Assembly (NCBI GenBank): GCA_973895155.1
Contig: OZ316897.1
Coordinates: forward strand, 12,113,832-12,177,831
Direction: 5' to 3'
DNA length: 64,000 nucleotides
DNA from: Marsupella aquatica
Lineage: Eukaryota > Plantae > Marchantiophyta
The notes below the pieces were generated by a model that searched no databases, was not told where the DNA came from, and saw nothing but the letters and a program-made list of their open reading frames with translations. Shown piece by piece: positions 22,023-33,814 of this stretch (within the stretch, counting starts at the first letter, position 1; the number at the start of each line of letters is the position of its first letter). Made by a program: the position numbers and the translations under genes.

Positions 22023-25000
22023 TTACATGTCGTTAACCAGATTAGACTTCCTGAACTTCTGATGACAGTCGGTGCAGATCCAAACAACACCATGGAGAGA
22101 ACCATCGTTGTATGCCAAACACACCTTTCGAAGTCCTAACTTCTCGTCGTAATCCTCTGCTGTCAATTTTCCTACTAAATTAGTGATGGCTGCTCTACTC
22201 TTTCCATACAAATCCTGAGGGTTCAAAGGGGGACCAGTAGGATCAAGTCCCATGCCCTCAGTCATCAGCTTATGTAATTCTGGCATTGAGTACTCGGTGG
22301 CCCAGACGATTCCATCTAACACTGATTTTCCTTGCTGTACTTGCTGGAAGTCGGGCAGTAGCAAACCCGCCCCAGGGGCTACGACATTCACTGCAATTTT
22401 TGCAGAGATTAAGAGAACTGTGAGTGACACTTTGAGCCACGGGACAAGTGTTTTCAGGGCCGGCTTGAGGTCTGAAACAACCAGGCCCAGCTGGTCCTTG
22501 ACTTGATGCGGTGTGTAACTATTGTACCTGGCCTCACATGCAAATTGCAAACGAACATCGACACTTGGTGACAAAGCCTCCTTCAATGTAGCCCTTACAC
22601 CAGAATCTCGTTTCCCTAAATAGATGAGGTTTGGGCAGGTTCTGTCCTTGTCTTCTTTCAGAAATCTGTCAGTGTCTTGAAGCTTCCGAAACACCCTTTT
22701 CTGCTCCTTCAAAACCTCTGCAAATCCCTCCACAAGCATCCTTTCAACATTCTTGACCTGCATGTAGATGTTAACCTGACTGTTCATAATCTTATCCAGC
22801 TTCTCATCCATATTGTGCAGCTTTCTGTTAACAGTTGATAATCTTTGCATCTTCTCGGCAGTTGGAATTGTAGGTGGATTAGGCATTTCAATGCCATCCG
22901 ATGCCAGTGCCGGCTCCTCCACCTTGTCCCCGTCTGTTGAGATATCCGACTCCTCAGTTAACTCGGGTGGATAGATTCCTAGGGTGACAGCTTCCTGTAA
23001 TCCTTGCCTCAAAACATTCAGGTCGTTCTTTGCTGACATAATCACATACTTTTTGTCCTTTGTGGACAGCAGCTGATCTTCTGTTATTGCAGAGTCATAG
23101 CCGACACGCCACTGCATTTTTCTTCCCATGCCATGCACTTGGACGCACTTCTTCACTTCAGCCACTTCCACATTTCTGTGCTTCATGTACCCTTCTTGTC
23201 TAGACTGGGAAACAGGCCAAGGCCAAACCACTTTCTGCACGTACTGAACCCCTCCACAAATCTCATTCCACAGGTCCAGGAGTATATTGACCAGATCATC
23301 AGCCAGGTTCACTTGGCAGTTTTTCCTTTGGATTGCATCCATCTCGTCTTTCCTGAATTGGGGCTTCACCAAAATGTTGATCTCATCAAATGTGGGAGAT
23401 TCCTTTTTGGCGTTAACCTCAATCCTTACTTTCATGTAATCCACTGTGAACGTCATGAAATACTTACCAGCAACAAAGTCATTGTCTAGGACATTTCCAT
23501 TGTTGTACTCTGGGCTCTGAGCAAGCTGAACCTGAAATCTATGCCACAAGGAAATTGGTGTTAGAGTCATCTCCTGTTGCTGGTGCTGAATAGAGAAACC
23601 CATTACCCACTGCTCCTCTCCATCATCATGTTTGCTCCTAGACTGCCACCCATCTTCAGGATCCAAATTCCCATCAATAAGAGATGGTATAAACACTTTG
23701 TCGTCCTTGCCCTTGTAGCACAATCCCAACCATAGCAGGATAGCAATCAAAGCTTCACAATCTTTGAGACCCCACCTAGCTTGAAAGAACACCTTGAAAG
23801 CATACATTGAAATAGAACCTGTGGTCGCATCCAGTTTTTTTCTAAAGATATGGTCGCCCTCTGTACGCTTGACCATATCTTCAGAAAGGAACATATTTCC
23901 TATAATTTCCTTGCAGAGCCAGTTTGGATTGAGAATAATTAGCCTTGGAGAAGTGTTTCCCCATTGAGCAGGAAAGCTCTTGTCAACGTAGATTAGGACT
24001 CCAGCTTCATCCAAGTATTTCGTTGCCGATAAAATTGTTTGCTCAGGCCACTCACGTAATTGGTCCTTCTGCATGAATTCTTCCCAACCTAGCACAGGGA
24101 ACTCCTTACGTGCCTTACTCCAAATAGGAAGGCTAGTTTGAATGATGTCACAGATATCCGGAACCATCTGGTGTTCAAGCAATTTTTTGGAATCCTCTAT
24201 GAGACATGTCTTAAAACCATCTGCTTTCCATCGTCTCCTAACATCCACTATAAAGGGATCAGTTCGAACATTCAAAATGCCAGTAAACTTATCTCTCTTT
24301 TCCATAAGCAGGACCGCCCAATCTTGGCTGTTTCTCTGTACCTGTTTATCTCCTCCCATGTTGTTCAGGACAACAAAGACATGTCGGGTTTGTCTGCTGG
24401 CCTCGTGGGAGCTCGATGCAATGTAACGTAACCAGTAATCAAGCTGTTTCTCGACCTCATTTGGTGGACAGCTGGAATTGCAAACAATGACAAATATGCT
24501 AGATGCTCCTTGAGAGATGGTAGCGTTCCTATCTGAGAGACTTAAAGCAGGGAAGAAAGCATTGTGCACCAAATGATAATCTTCCTGTCCTGCCATGTCC
24601 CAAACCTGGAGTGTTATTGGGTTTTGATTTTTCCACTTGCTACCTTTGCTGCCGATTTTGGAGACATCAATGCCTCTTGTGCGGGCCTCCACGTGAGGCC
24701 TCGTTTCCCATGTCCATAGTGATCGCCAAAGTGCCCTCTTCAATGTATGACAAAGTGTTGTCTTGCCCACTTTTGGATCCCCACAAAGATAAATCTTTCC
24801 AAAGGCAGCTGGGACCATGGAACAGCCCGAGAGGCCTGCTAAAATATCCTTGTATCTGGTATTGCGCTTCCTTAGTTGCCCACATTGGCGTTCCAATTCT
24901 GGAACTAGGAACCACGGATACCTCAGGACGTTGACAGTGAGAGACTTGTTTAGGGCGAATGCAGACACTAAAGCAGTGGCGCCTTCTTCACAAGGGTTGG

Positions 25001-25715
25001 AGGGTAACAGCTCAAGGATCCGGAGGGAATCAAGGCAACCAGATTTAAGGGCCGCGACTAATGACACCAGGCCCACATCTGTGAAACGATTGTAATTAAG
25101 ATACAACCTTTGTAAATTTGGCATGACGGTGACGTCGCCATATTGGAAGGCGGTTGCCAGCGTATCCATGTCATCGTCATTGATGTCAGCAATCCTGAGC
25201 CAGAGAGTGGTCAACTTCTCCAAATTACCGGATTGAATTGCACGTCCAAAAGCTTTGACGCCTTTGGTTCCTACCGCGTTCCCTCCAAAGTCAAGATTCC
25301 ACAAAGATGGAAATTTTGCTGAAGCCAGAGCATTGCTGACTGCCTCACTACGATCGTCCTCTAACCCGGTTCTTCTAAGCGACAAATCCTCCAATGCAGA
25401 CATTTGACCAGATGCCAGAGCCTCGGCAAGGATGAAGTGTCCACTCCCAATATCCTGGTTGTCTAGTCCGATGTCTGCCACTTGAGACAGATTGCCGAGC
25501 TTGATGGCGTGGCGTAGTTCCTCCATACTCCTAACTTTGATCCGACTGCTGCTGCTGGTGCTAGCCGCCTCAGGCGCGACATCTTGACGCCCAGCCTGCT
25601 GCCCCGATCCAGATTTATCATCGGAGTGACGAAAGTGTTCCCCTCCTGTTCCCTGCGAGTCTTCTTGCCTAGACTCTCCACCCGTCACTCCATTCGCGCC
25701 CTCTCTTCGATCCAT
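22023..25715 (-). CDS. LRR-ROC-COR (Roco) protein, TORNADO1-like, copy 2
   Basis: Uninterrupted ORF. First ATG (MDRREG) is at 25715; the track start at 25769 is a TTG. Motifs GDPKVGKTT, WDMAGQ, COR and C-terminal WICTDCH. Confidence 0.9.
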   Translation of the reverse strand: MDRREGANGVTGGESRQEDSQGTGGEHFRHSDDKSGSGQQAGRQDVAPEAASTSSSSRIKVRSMEELRHAIKLGNLSQVADIGLDNQDIGSGHFILAEALASGQMSALEDLSLRRTGLEDDRSEAVSNALASAKFPSLWNLDFGGNAVGTKGVKAFGRAIQSGNLEKLTTLWLRIADINDDDMDTLATAFQYGDVTVMPNLQRLYLNYNRFTDVGLVSLVAALKSGCLDSLRILELLPSNPCEEGATALVSAFALNKSLTVNVLRYPWFLVPELERQCGQLRKRNTRYKDILAGLSGCSMVPAAFGKIYLCGDPKVGKTTLCHTLKRALWRSLWTWETRPHVEARTRGIDVSKIGSKGSKWKNQNPITLQVWDMAGQEDYHLVHNAFFPALSLSDRNATISQGASSIFVIVCNSSCPPNEVEKQLDYWLRYIASSSHEASRQTRHVFVVLNNMGGDKQVQRNSQDWAVLLMEKRDKFTGILNVRTDPFIVDVRRRWKADGFKTCLIEDSKKLLEHQMVPDICDIIQTSLPIWSKARKEFPVLGWEEFMQKDQLREWPEQTILSATKYLDEAGVLIYVDKSFPAQWGNTSPRLIILNPNWLCKEIIGNMFLSEDMVKRTEGDHIFRKKLDATTGSISMYAFKVFFQARWGLKDCEALIAILLWLGLCYKGKDDKVFIPSLIDGNLDPEDGWQSRSKHDDGEEQWVMGFSIQHQQQEMTLTPISLWHRFQVQLAQSPEYNNGNVLDNDFVAGKYFMTFTVDYMKVRIEVNAKKESPTFDEINILVKPQFRKDEMDAIQRKNCQVNLADDLVNILLDLWNEICGGVQYVQKVVWPWPVSQSRQEGYMKHRNVEVAEVKKCVQVHGMGRKMQWRVGYDSAITEDQLLSTKDKKYVIMSAKNDLNVLRQGLQEAVTLGIYPPELTEESDISTDGDKVEEPALASDGIEMPNPPTIPTAEKMQRLSTVNRKLHNMDEKLDKIMNSQVNIYMQVKNVERMLVEGFAEVLKEQKRVFRKLQDTDRFLKEDKDRTCPNLIYLGKRDSGVRATLKEALSPSVDVRLQFACEARYNSYTPHQVKDQLGLVVSDLKPALKTLVPWLKVSLTVLLISAKIAVNVVAPGAGLLLPDFQQVQQGKSVLDGIVWATEYSMPELHKLMTEGMGLDPTGPPLNPQDLYGKSRAAITNLVGKLTAEDYDEKLGLRKVCLAYNDGSLHGVVWICTDCHQKFRKSNLVNDM

Positions 25716-28578
25716 TGGATTAACTCGATATCGTACCCTCCGACAGGTTCCCTCCTCTGAATTCCACAAGCAGCTCTGTCGTCAATTGGTCCCAGGAAAC
25801 CCAAGCGGATCAGTTTGATCCAGCCAGTCAATTGCCGCACTCAAATCACCGATGGTCCTTGGTACCTGGATCCCACCAAGCTTTTTTTATCCTCCAGAAT
25901 GGTGAAACAGCTAGAGCAAATTGATTCAGTTCGATGCCTCTCGAATCCCCGACTGTTGCCAATGCTGATTGGACCTGAGCAGGCCTTTTCTCCCACCAAG
26001 TTGTTGAGGAGAGTACAGAACCACCAGTAGCGCCTGAAGCCAGCTCGATTGGAACATGCATTCCAAGTCAATGTAATCGTCATTGATGTCGTGATTCCAA
26101 CGCTTTTGATTTCCGGCAAACGCTGGACTCTTCATTTGCATGAGACAGACCTTCGACACTGCATTCGTGAAGACGTTTGGATTTGACTGAAAAAGAGGAC
26201 AAAAGTTTGGGCTAGCAGCATTGATCGTGTAGACAAGGAATTGTTTCAACCGCGGATGTTGTGAATGATGGATTGAAAATTGACCTACTACGCTAGCAGT
26301 TATTAATAGATTCAATCCTACGGCAGAGGGAGACTTGTCTGATTACAGAGACAGTAGCCAATCGCATGTCTTTGCCGTTTTGAGTAAGCTGAAATGGAAA
26401 GATCCTGATCCCGGCATTGTTTCTGCCGCACAGGATGATCAACCAAAGAGTACAATTGATAGCAGCGAAAAGGGGATAATCAAAAGCTCAAATTCTCCAG
26501 GGGAACATTGAGAGCTTGGTGGAGGCGCAATTGGTGAGGGGGCAAACCAATCAAACCGAACTATCAGAGTTTAGTCATGATGGTTCTATCCAGGACAGAG
26601 GATATAGATAGAATCTATAGATCGAGAGAATGACGACCGAATCCATAGGCCGCGACTTTCCTAAGAACTCAGATTCGCAAGACAGATTAAATAGTTAGTA
26701 TAGATAGGATGACTAACCTGAACAAGCAACACAGTCGAGTAAACATTCATCCGGGTTTTCATCCAGTCACGTTGAAAACCCAAACCAAAGCTTGCCTGAA
26801 CACTGGCAGCAGCATTGAACTCGGAATGAGTTCAGGCCTGAAAATCGACCAAGCGCATGATGGTCGTTTAGAAAGTCAGTGCACAAGGGGGCCGAGTGAA
26901 TGTGTCAAGGAACCTTTCGTAGTCTTTGCGAATTGATGTTGGCGATGGATGTTGTACAAATGACCCGCAACCTTTAGAGACTTTGCTTCTTTTTATTGTA
27001 ATCAATGTGAAAAACCCGCCGATTACTTCTCAGGCTGCCTCTTAGATAGACTCATAACACTCACTGGTCTAACGAAGCCACAGTCCCGTCTCTGGAAACT
27101 TGAACCTCTGTGACGAGTTTGTTGCAAAACGTTACCCGATTGTGGGTTCAGTGATAAAGGCGATCAAAACAGTAATGCGGCAGTAAGGTGTCCGATATAC
27201 AACGAACAGAACTAACAATGTTTCCACTTCAAAGATTCAGATACTCTACATCATAATAAGAAACTTCTCTGCTTCTGATGAGAATAGCTCACAGTAACAA
27301 TGATAGAGGGAATGTCTGATTGCACTAAAAGTAGACGTCCAGTAGATTGGATTTGAACGCCAAAACGATATACGAACTAAAAAATATGTTGTTGACCGAG
27401 ATATCCACGAGCTTACGAAGGACCTGCACTCCATGACTGTGCTCCCGAACATTATTCCAGACTTGCTGGCGCCCAGCTGGGATCACCTAAAAACTGTACG
27501 TCGCATTGAGATTACTGTCAGTCACTCAGTTGGTTGCATCGTCGATTATGGCCTGGTAGAACTGGACTGAGTTTTACGTACCATAATCATTCCATAACTC
27601 GGAGTGCCAGACTGCCAGGGATGTACCGGTCCAGGCTATGACGTTTGGTACTCTATAACTCTCAGGACCAGACTTTTGGTGCCTAGCGGTGTTCAACATA
27701 CCGCGAAGTACTCAATATTAATGGCCTGTGGAAACGGCAGAAGTGCAGAGAGTTCCTCCCTACCGATGCCATTAATCCAGTAGTAATGGTATACGGGTCC
27801 AACCTGAATTCCTCAATTTTTTTTCTTGAATAGAACTTTACTGACAAGTAAAAGAAACCACGGTCCAAGTTGAATTGCTGTCAGTCCAGGAGGCGGCTAA
27901 ACGTGGAACTAGTTGAGCAAACAGAAGAACACCTGACTTCCATGCACCAGACTTCCATGCACCATCACCATCTGACAGTACTTTAAAATTGATTGGACGG
28001 TTGGGAGTTTGATGCTCTAATAAGAGTATAAGACTGTGAAACTGCAGAGTGCAGAATGTCTACCTACCATTGTTATGCCATAACTCTCTCTGCAAAGCTA
28101 TGATGTTTGGTATTGCGTAACCTGATTACCCGTTTCTTCAAGATAATTAGAGATGGCGTCCCCCTAATTGCGAGGGATATGCTCAAGAGACCCCCTTCAG
28201 GACAAACTTTACTTGATCAGCCCCCTCCAAACTTTTTTGTCCCAATCAGCCCCCTCATTATGGCCCGTACCTTTTCTCCTGTGTAAGGCAGTTTCCCCCG
28301 TGTAAAGGCCATACTGCACAGTTGGGAGCCATGCCACCACGCAGGGTGGCCTCCCGCAGTCGACCATGAGACTCCGCTGCAGTAGGGCCGCAACTACGCG
28401 GTTTTGCGTTCTCGCACTATGGTCCCTTATGAGCGTGAATACTTCGTGGTTTATGTCTTCAACAAAATTTCTGTTTAGGGCGCACATTGTCGGGGCGCAC
28501 ATTATCGGGGCGGTTTAGGGTCTTGAAGCGCGCAGTAATCAGGCAACGGGACCTCGTAATTAGAAGTCAAAATCGGGC

Positions 28579-29020
28579 ATTTGTCCATATAGTCTTCGCA
28601 CCACACTTAGCCATTTTTCCAACGACAGGATATTTCGCTTGAAGAAGCCATTTGAGCAGGGGTAAATGACCGTGGATGTTGTGGGTTTTGGAAGACATTG
28701 TCCATATAGTCTTCGCACCACACTTAGCCATTTTTCCAACGACAGGATATTTCGCTTGAAGAAGCCATTTGAGCAGGGGTAAATGACCGTGGATGTTGTG
28801 GGTTTTGGAAGACATTGTCCATATAGTCTTCGCACCACACTTAGCCATTTTTCCAACGACAGGATATTTCGCTTGAAGAAGCCATTTGAGCAGGGGTAAA
28901 TGATCGTGGATGTTGTGGGTTTTGGAAGACATTGTCCATATAGTCTTCGCACCACACTTAGCCATTTTTCCAACGACAGGATATTTTGCTTGAAGAAGAA
29001 ATTTGAGCGAGGGTACGTAA
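28579..29020. repeat. 117-bp subterminal tandem repeat, ~3.7 near-identical units
   Basis: tgtccatatagtcttcgcaccacac starts at 28582, 28699, 28816 and 28933. Confidence 0.92.
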
Positions 29021-29207
29021 ATGGCCAACACTAGTGGTTTCACACAAGATGCACATGACAACTGCAAAACAGTTTCAAAATTGTAGAACATCTCTAAATT
29101 GTTGGAGTACAATGCTGTTGCAAACTTCAATGTCTGCAACTAAAGCAAAATTGCAATTGCTACTTCCTGTGAGCTATTATTTGAACTTGTTACCACTGTG
29201 GTGTAAA

Positions 29208-30029
29208 CTAAGTCAAGAGCTCATTGCTACAAAATACTTCCCCACAACAGGTGCACCTAAATACTTCATGCCCAGACTCATCTACTCCCAGCAACTCAAC
29301 ATTAACTCTATGACCATCTGCTTTGATAGGAGCCCTCCATTGTGCACCCATTGCACTAAATTGTCGTTGAAGCCATGCCTCCGCCTCAGAATGGGACCTA
29401 AAAGACTTGTGACTAGCTCCACTGAATCCGCTCACCTAACATTCTGCCTCCTCCCAAGTATGATATATTCCAGGACTGCGCCCCCTAGCAATGGCATACC
29501 ATTTCTTCTTTGAGGTAGAGCCTAGATCACAATTGTATGGAAGAGCAATTGACTTAGAGCGAGAGGACAAAGTATGTGATTGTAATTTCACCCTTGTGGC
29601 AGGCTGAGTTTGCGCAACGTCAACCAATTGTGCTTGTGAGGCTGACAAAGATGGACCTGCATTAGCACCCTGGCGCCGAGCCAATACAGGTTTTGGTGGC
29701 CCAACAACAGCCACTACAGGAGAATTGTGACCCTCTGATTTTGATGGCGTTGTACTTTGAGCAAGGGGAGGCAGCCTATCTCGATTCCACACTGAAGACA
29801 AACACAAAATCCGTTCCAACATGCGATGGAGGAAGAAGAGTAGTGCACTCAAACCTGCAAATACGGTCCATATGGCGAACCCCAATGCCCAAAACAACTG
29901 AACTACAAAACCAACGCTGCCTTCATTGAACTTTGCCATTGCCAAATGGCAATCTTCTCCTTGGCGCTCTCGTTGTCGCTCTCCTGTCCCTGGTGCTCTT
30001 GCTCTCTCTGGCGCTCTCTGGCGCTGCAT
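29208..30029 (-). pseudogene. MULE-borne ORF: hydrophobic segment + RNase H1 N-terminal hybrid-binding (Cauli_VI-like) domain + Cys motif, with one in-frame stop
   Basis: KKWYAIARGRSPGIYHTWEEAEC*VSGFSGASHKSFRSHSEAEAWL matches the YAV..GR.PGIY.TW.E...QV.GF......F....EA..WL pattern. The TAG at 29436-29438 is probably from CAG. C-terminal FRCTCCGEVF. Confidence 0.75.
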
Positions 30030-30753
30030 AATCTACTCAGACCTCTCTCTCTGGTGCTGCAGTGCTGTCCTGTCCGTCCTATACTACACTGGTCTCCTAA
30101 GACCTCTCCCTTTGTTGTCACTCACGTGGACGACTTCAAAGACTCCGCTTTAGTCCACTCGCAAAATGCGCACATTCTCCATGGAACACTCAATGTCGAC
30201 CAACGGTCCCGCGCGCCAATATCATTGCGGAAGTAGATTCAAATTTGAAGACATTATGGTCAATGTCTTCAATAACAATGAAGGAAGTTAAGAAGACAAC
30301 ATGGTCGCTGTCTTCAAGTGCAAGCATGCATGGAAGATAAACGGGAAGACAACATGAATATGTTGTATTCATTAGAGAATAATGGTGGAAAAAAGTGACA
30401 AGAGTCTGTTTTGATGCACAACCAAAGTTCAGTAATAAAGTAACTAGTAAGGTTCAGTAATATCAACATGATATTGTGACCCAAATCCCTGACACTCTAT
30501 TGCAGCCTCATTGGCCAATTCCATGCACCTATCAATGAAAGCTTGTGGCAATTGTTGTTCACTATTTGGGAGAAGGGGCTGAGATACAATGCTCTGGATA
30601 GGTCCTGTGCCTGCTGTTGGTGCGGTTGATTCAATACTATATTCAGTCTGCAGTAGTTGGTCTTCCCAAGGAAAGGGTGACGCAGGTGGGTGCTCCAAAA
30701 TGACTGCATCACCATTATCCACCTGCATATGAAGACAATTTTAAAATTTGTCC

Positions 30754-33481
30754 CTAGCATGAGACCACACATGCATGAAGCCCACAAGTAATGATATATA
30801 CTTGTAAGAAGACTGTTAATGTTGGAATCCTTACTCTTGCTGGATCTGTTGGCGTCACACTATGGACTTTATCACAAGATCTTCGGTTATGTCCAACCTG
30901 CCCACACTTACTGCACCTGCACTTCCCAGTGTTAGGCCCCGCTTTCTTTGCCCTCGATTGAACAAGAACAATTGGAAGTCCAGCAATAGTGTTTGCTGTT
31001 GAAAAGGGTTCCACCCTGTTTGGATCATCATCTAGTGGATATCTCAAGAACAGTTGTCCAAGGGAGTCAATCATTGATTCTTTGCCTTCTCCAAGAGCCC
31101 TAGGTGGATGCCTCCCTCCACGACCCTGTTCGATGCGGACCATTCTATGTCTGCCCCTTTTCACAGCAACCATAGGAGCAACACAATTTGGACTTGGCAT
31201 TAAGTCTGATACAATAAAGCTAGGTAAAACATTGTCATACAAAGCCCTAATTGAAGCAGTCCGCCAACATTTGTGAAAATGAGCAAAAAAGTTTCTGCCT
31301 TCTTGGTCATCCCAAGCCATTATATGCTCACATGGCCACACCATCTCTTGCAACTCCCAACAAGTGCAAGATTTCTTTGGTGACAGTGACACTAGATACT
31401 CCTCACTTTGGGAGGTAGTTTGAACCTTGGCTGTGGACGCGCCATCATCAAACACCTGAGCATATGAAAACTTGGATATAATTACAAAACTATTCAAATA
31501 AAGAATACATTCATACTAGTGTATTTTAATTCAACACCGAGCTATTAAGAAGACATTGATGTTACAGTATATACAAAACACGTAGCTATTAATGCATACA
31601 CAAGACTAGGCATGAAGATTACCTGCCATTGACCCAACGTCTTGAGATTCTTATTGTACCTGACCAGGGCTGGAATAGTGAGTACTTCCTGTCTTGCCAA
31701 CGCAGCTACTTTCCTTTCTTTAAACTTTTGCTGAACATATACCCACATGCGCTCCATCAACTTGCAAGGAGCAAATTCACGCAAGGGGAGTAAGCCTGAA
31801 TTTGCTTGCTCAGCAGGGTTGCTTGTAACCTTTGCCATGCGGGGAAGTGGAAAGGCATGCCTGGCATAAAGTTTTGCATCAAAACTTCTGATGTAGTCTA
31901 CAGCATTTGCATTCTCATATGCCTTGACGGACTCTGCCAATCGCTTCAAACATGCTTCAAATCTAATACAGGTGCACAGGGAAAACATTGATGTTAATGT
32001 ATACAATCATGTCATACACAGAGAAAACATTTGCGTGAGTGATATGTACTTCACATTCTGTATTCGAGGAGAGGTAATATAATTACTGTATTGAACACTG
32101 AGTATGCGGTGTATACATAAGAAGTCAAATGTATGTAGAATCAAAGCAATGAAGGTTTTTGGACTTACTGTCTTTCATCGTTGGCATATATGCATCCTGT
32201 AAAAATATTTGTTGCTGCTTTGCCATGCCTGTTCTTGACATTAGCTCTCAGGTGGTTTGCACATGCTGCATGTATCTTACCTGGCCACACGTAACTCACA
32301 GCGGCAAGTAGACCTTTCTGTCGGTCTGATATGAGTGGCATGTGAGGCGATTCAATGCCGTAGAGTGATCTATCTACCAATTCCAGAAACCAGATCCAAT
32401 TATCTGTGTTCTCAACTGGAGCTACTGCGTAACATAGAATCAATCCTTGGCCATTTCCATCCAAACATGTAGCTAAGAACAGTTGAGTGGGGTACTTCCT
32501 GTTCTTTGTATGACATGCATCAAGAGAGATGAGAGGTTGAATGTAGGTACATGCTTTTCGTGTAGCTGATGGGCAAATGAATGCTCGACAGAAAATGTTG
32601 GAGTTTTCCATTGGGGACCAGACTGCCACTGCACCAGGGTCAGTCTCTCTCACCCTGGCAATTAATGCCGGAATCATTTGAAAGGTGTCTTCTTGCCCAC
32701 CAAGGTGCAGATCCCGTACATAGTCTTTTGCTCGCCACATTTGGTGGTAAGTGCTGTTCTTTTTATAATCCCCTTGAAATCCACAGAGTAGTTCTTTGAC
32801 CGGCACCTTCAGATTTCTACACACTCTAGGCGCCAGTGTGTCTCCTAACCACACTGCCTTTTGTGTTGGGCCCCTCCACTTGTGTTTAGATGCTGGACAA
32901 TTGTGTTTCAGCTCACACACAGTAATGATATGAGCCCCGCTGTGAGCTTGCCTGTGACATCGGACCCTGAATGGGCAGTAGGCTGAACAATCAAAACCAT
33001 CTTCATCATACTCTGGCGGGGGCCTAAACCTAGAAAACTCCCCGCATACTCCTGTGGTACATATCTTCCTGACTTTTACCATGCCAGGGGCATGTGACCC
33101 AGACACACTGCTATGCTGCACTACTGTGCGTGGTTTCTTTGCCATCGTTGTGTTCCTCTGGAGACAGTTTGGATCCAGAGGTCCAAGGGGTGCACGAACC
33201 TCCTATTGCAATCCACACAAAACATATTCATGTTATTGTATATGGAAACACAGAAGACAGTGGTGTCATTGTATACAAAATACACACCACAATGGGGATG
33301 TTTATATGAAACATAGAAGACACTCATGACGTCGTATACAAAACATTGATGGTAAAATGCAAAGAAGACATTCCGGTTGAGGTATACCTGTGGAGCATTT
33401 GTGAGAACGATTGTTCCAGACTGGTTTGTTGATCCTGTCATCTGTTGAATAGCAATTTGAAACTCACGGTCTTCCATCTGC
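30754..33481 (-). CDS. MULE (MuDR-like) transposase, multi-exon, probably 5'-truncated
   Basis: DDE-domain motifs ISLDACHTK, LISDRQKGL, HAACANHL and TSNPAEQANS; SWIM finger CTCWELQEMVWPCEH; knuckle CSKCGQVGHNRRSC. Plausible GT-AG junctions near 33388/33202, 32168/31962 and 31623/31455. Confidence 0.85.
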
Positions 33482-33814
33482 AATGGCAGCACAAACATAC
33501 CATGCATCAAAACACAGAGTGACAAGTATTACATTTCTAACCCTTCAAAAAAACCACAATGATATAGGTATGGACTCTTGGAAAGCTTTACCTCTTCCGC
33601 TGTCAATAATGGTTCTGCATAGGCATTGTGTGTCCTTCGTGTCCCCCTTGGTTCGGATGTCATTCCTCTGTCACGGAACCCACTATACTCACCGTAACGA
33701 CTGTTATAGTGCCAATCTAATTCATGTTCATCTTCATCATCCAATTCATGGATATATAGTGAATCTTCATCTTCTGAACTATCACTACAACATGCTCTCA
33801 CACCTAAACAAAAT

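Larger units (their letters stand above)
28172..33790 (-). mobile_element. Mutator-like (MULE) DNA transposon, one terminus present (TIR from 28172), other end deleted
   Basis: Homology to the copy-1 upstream region stops at ...cccctaattgc|GAGGGATATGC. Contains a MULE transposase, a subterminal 117-bp array and a second ORF. Confidence 0.8.

Noticed and set aside
25716-25769. Longer N-termini of copies 2 and 3 given by the ORF track
   Set aside because: They start at TTG; the ATG shared by copies 2-4 (MDRR) is the more plausible eukaryotic start.
28560-29139. Repeat-protein ORFs or a CRISPR-like array in the 117-bp repeat
   Set aside because: Units are contiguous with no unique spacers, the context is eukaryotic with no cas genes, and the open frames follow from a period divisible by 3.
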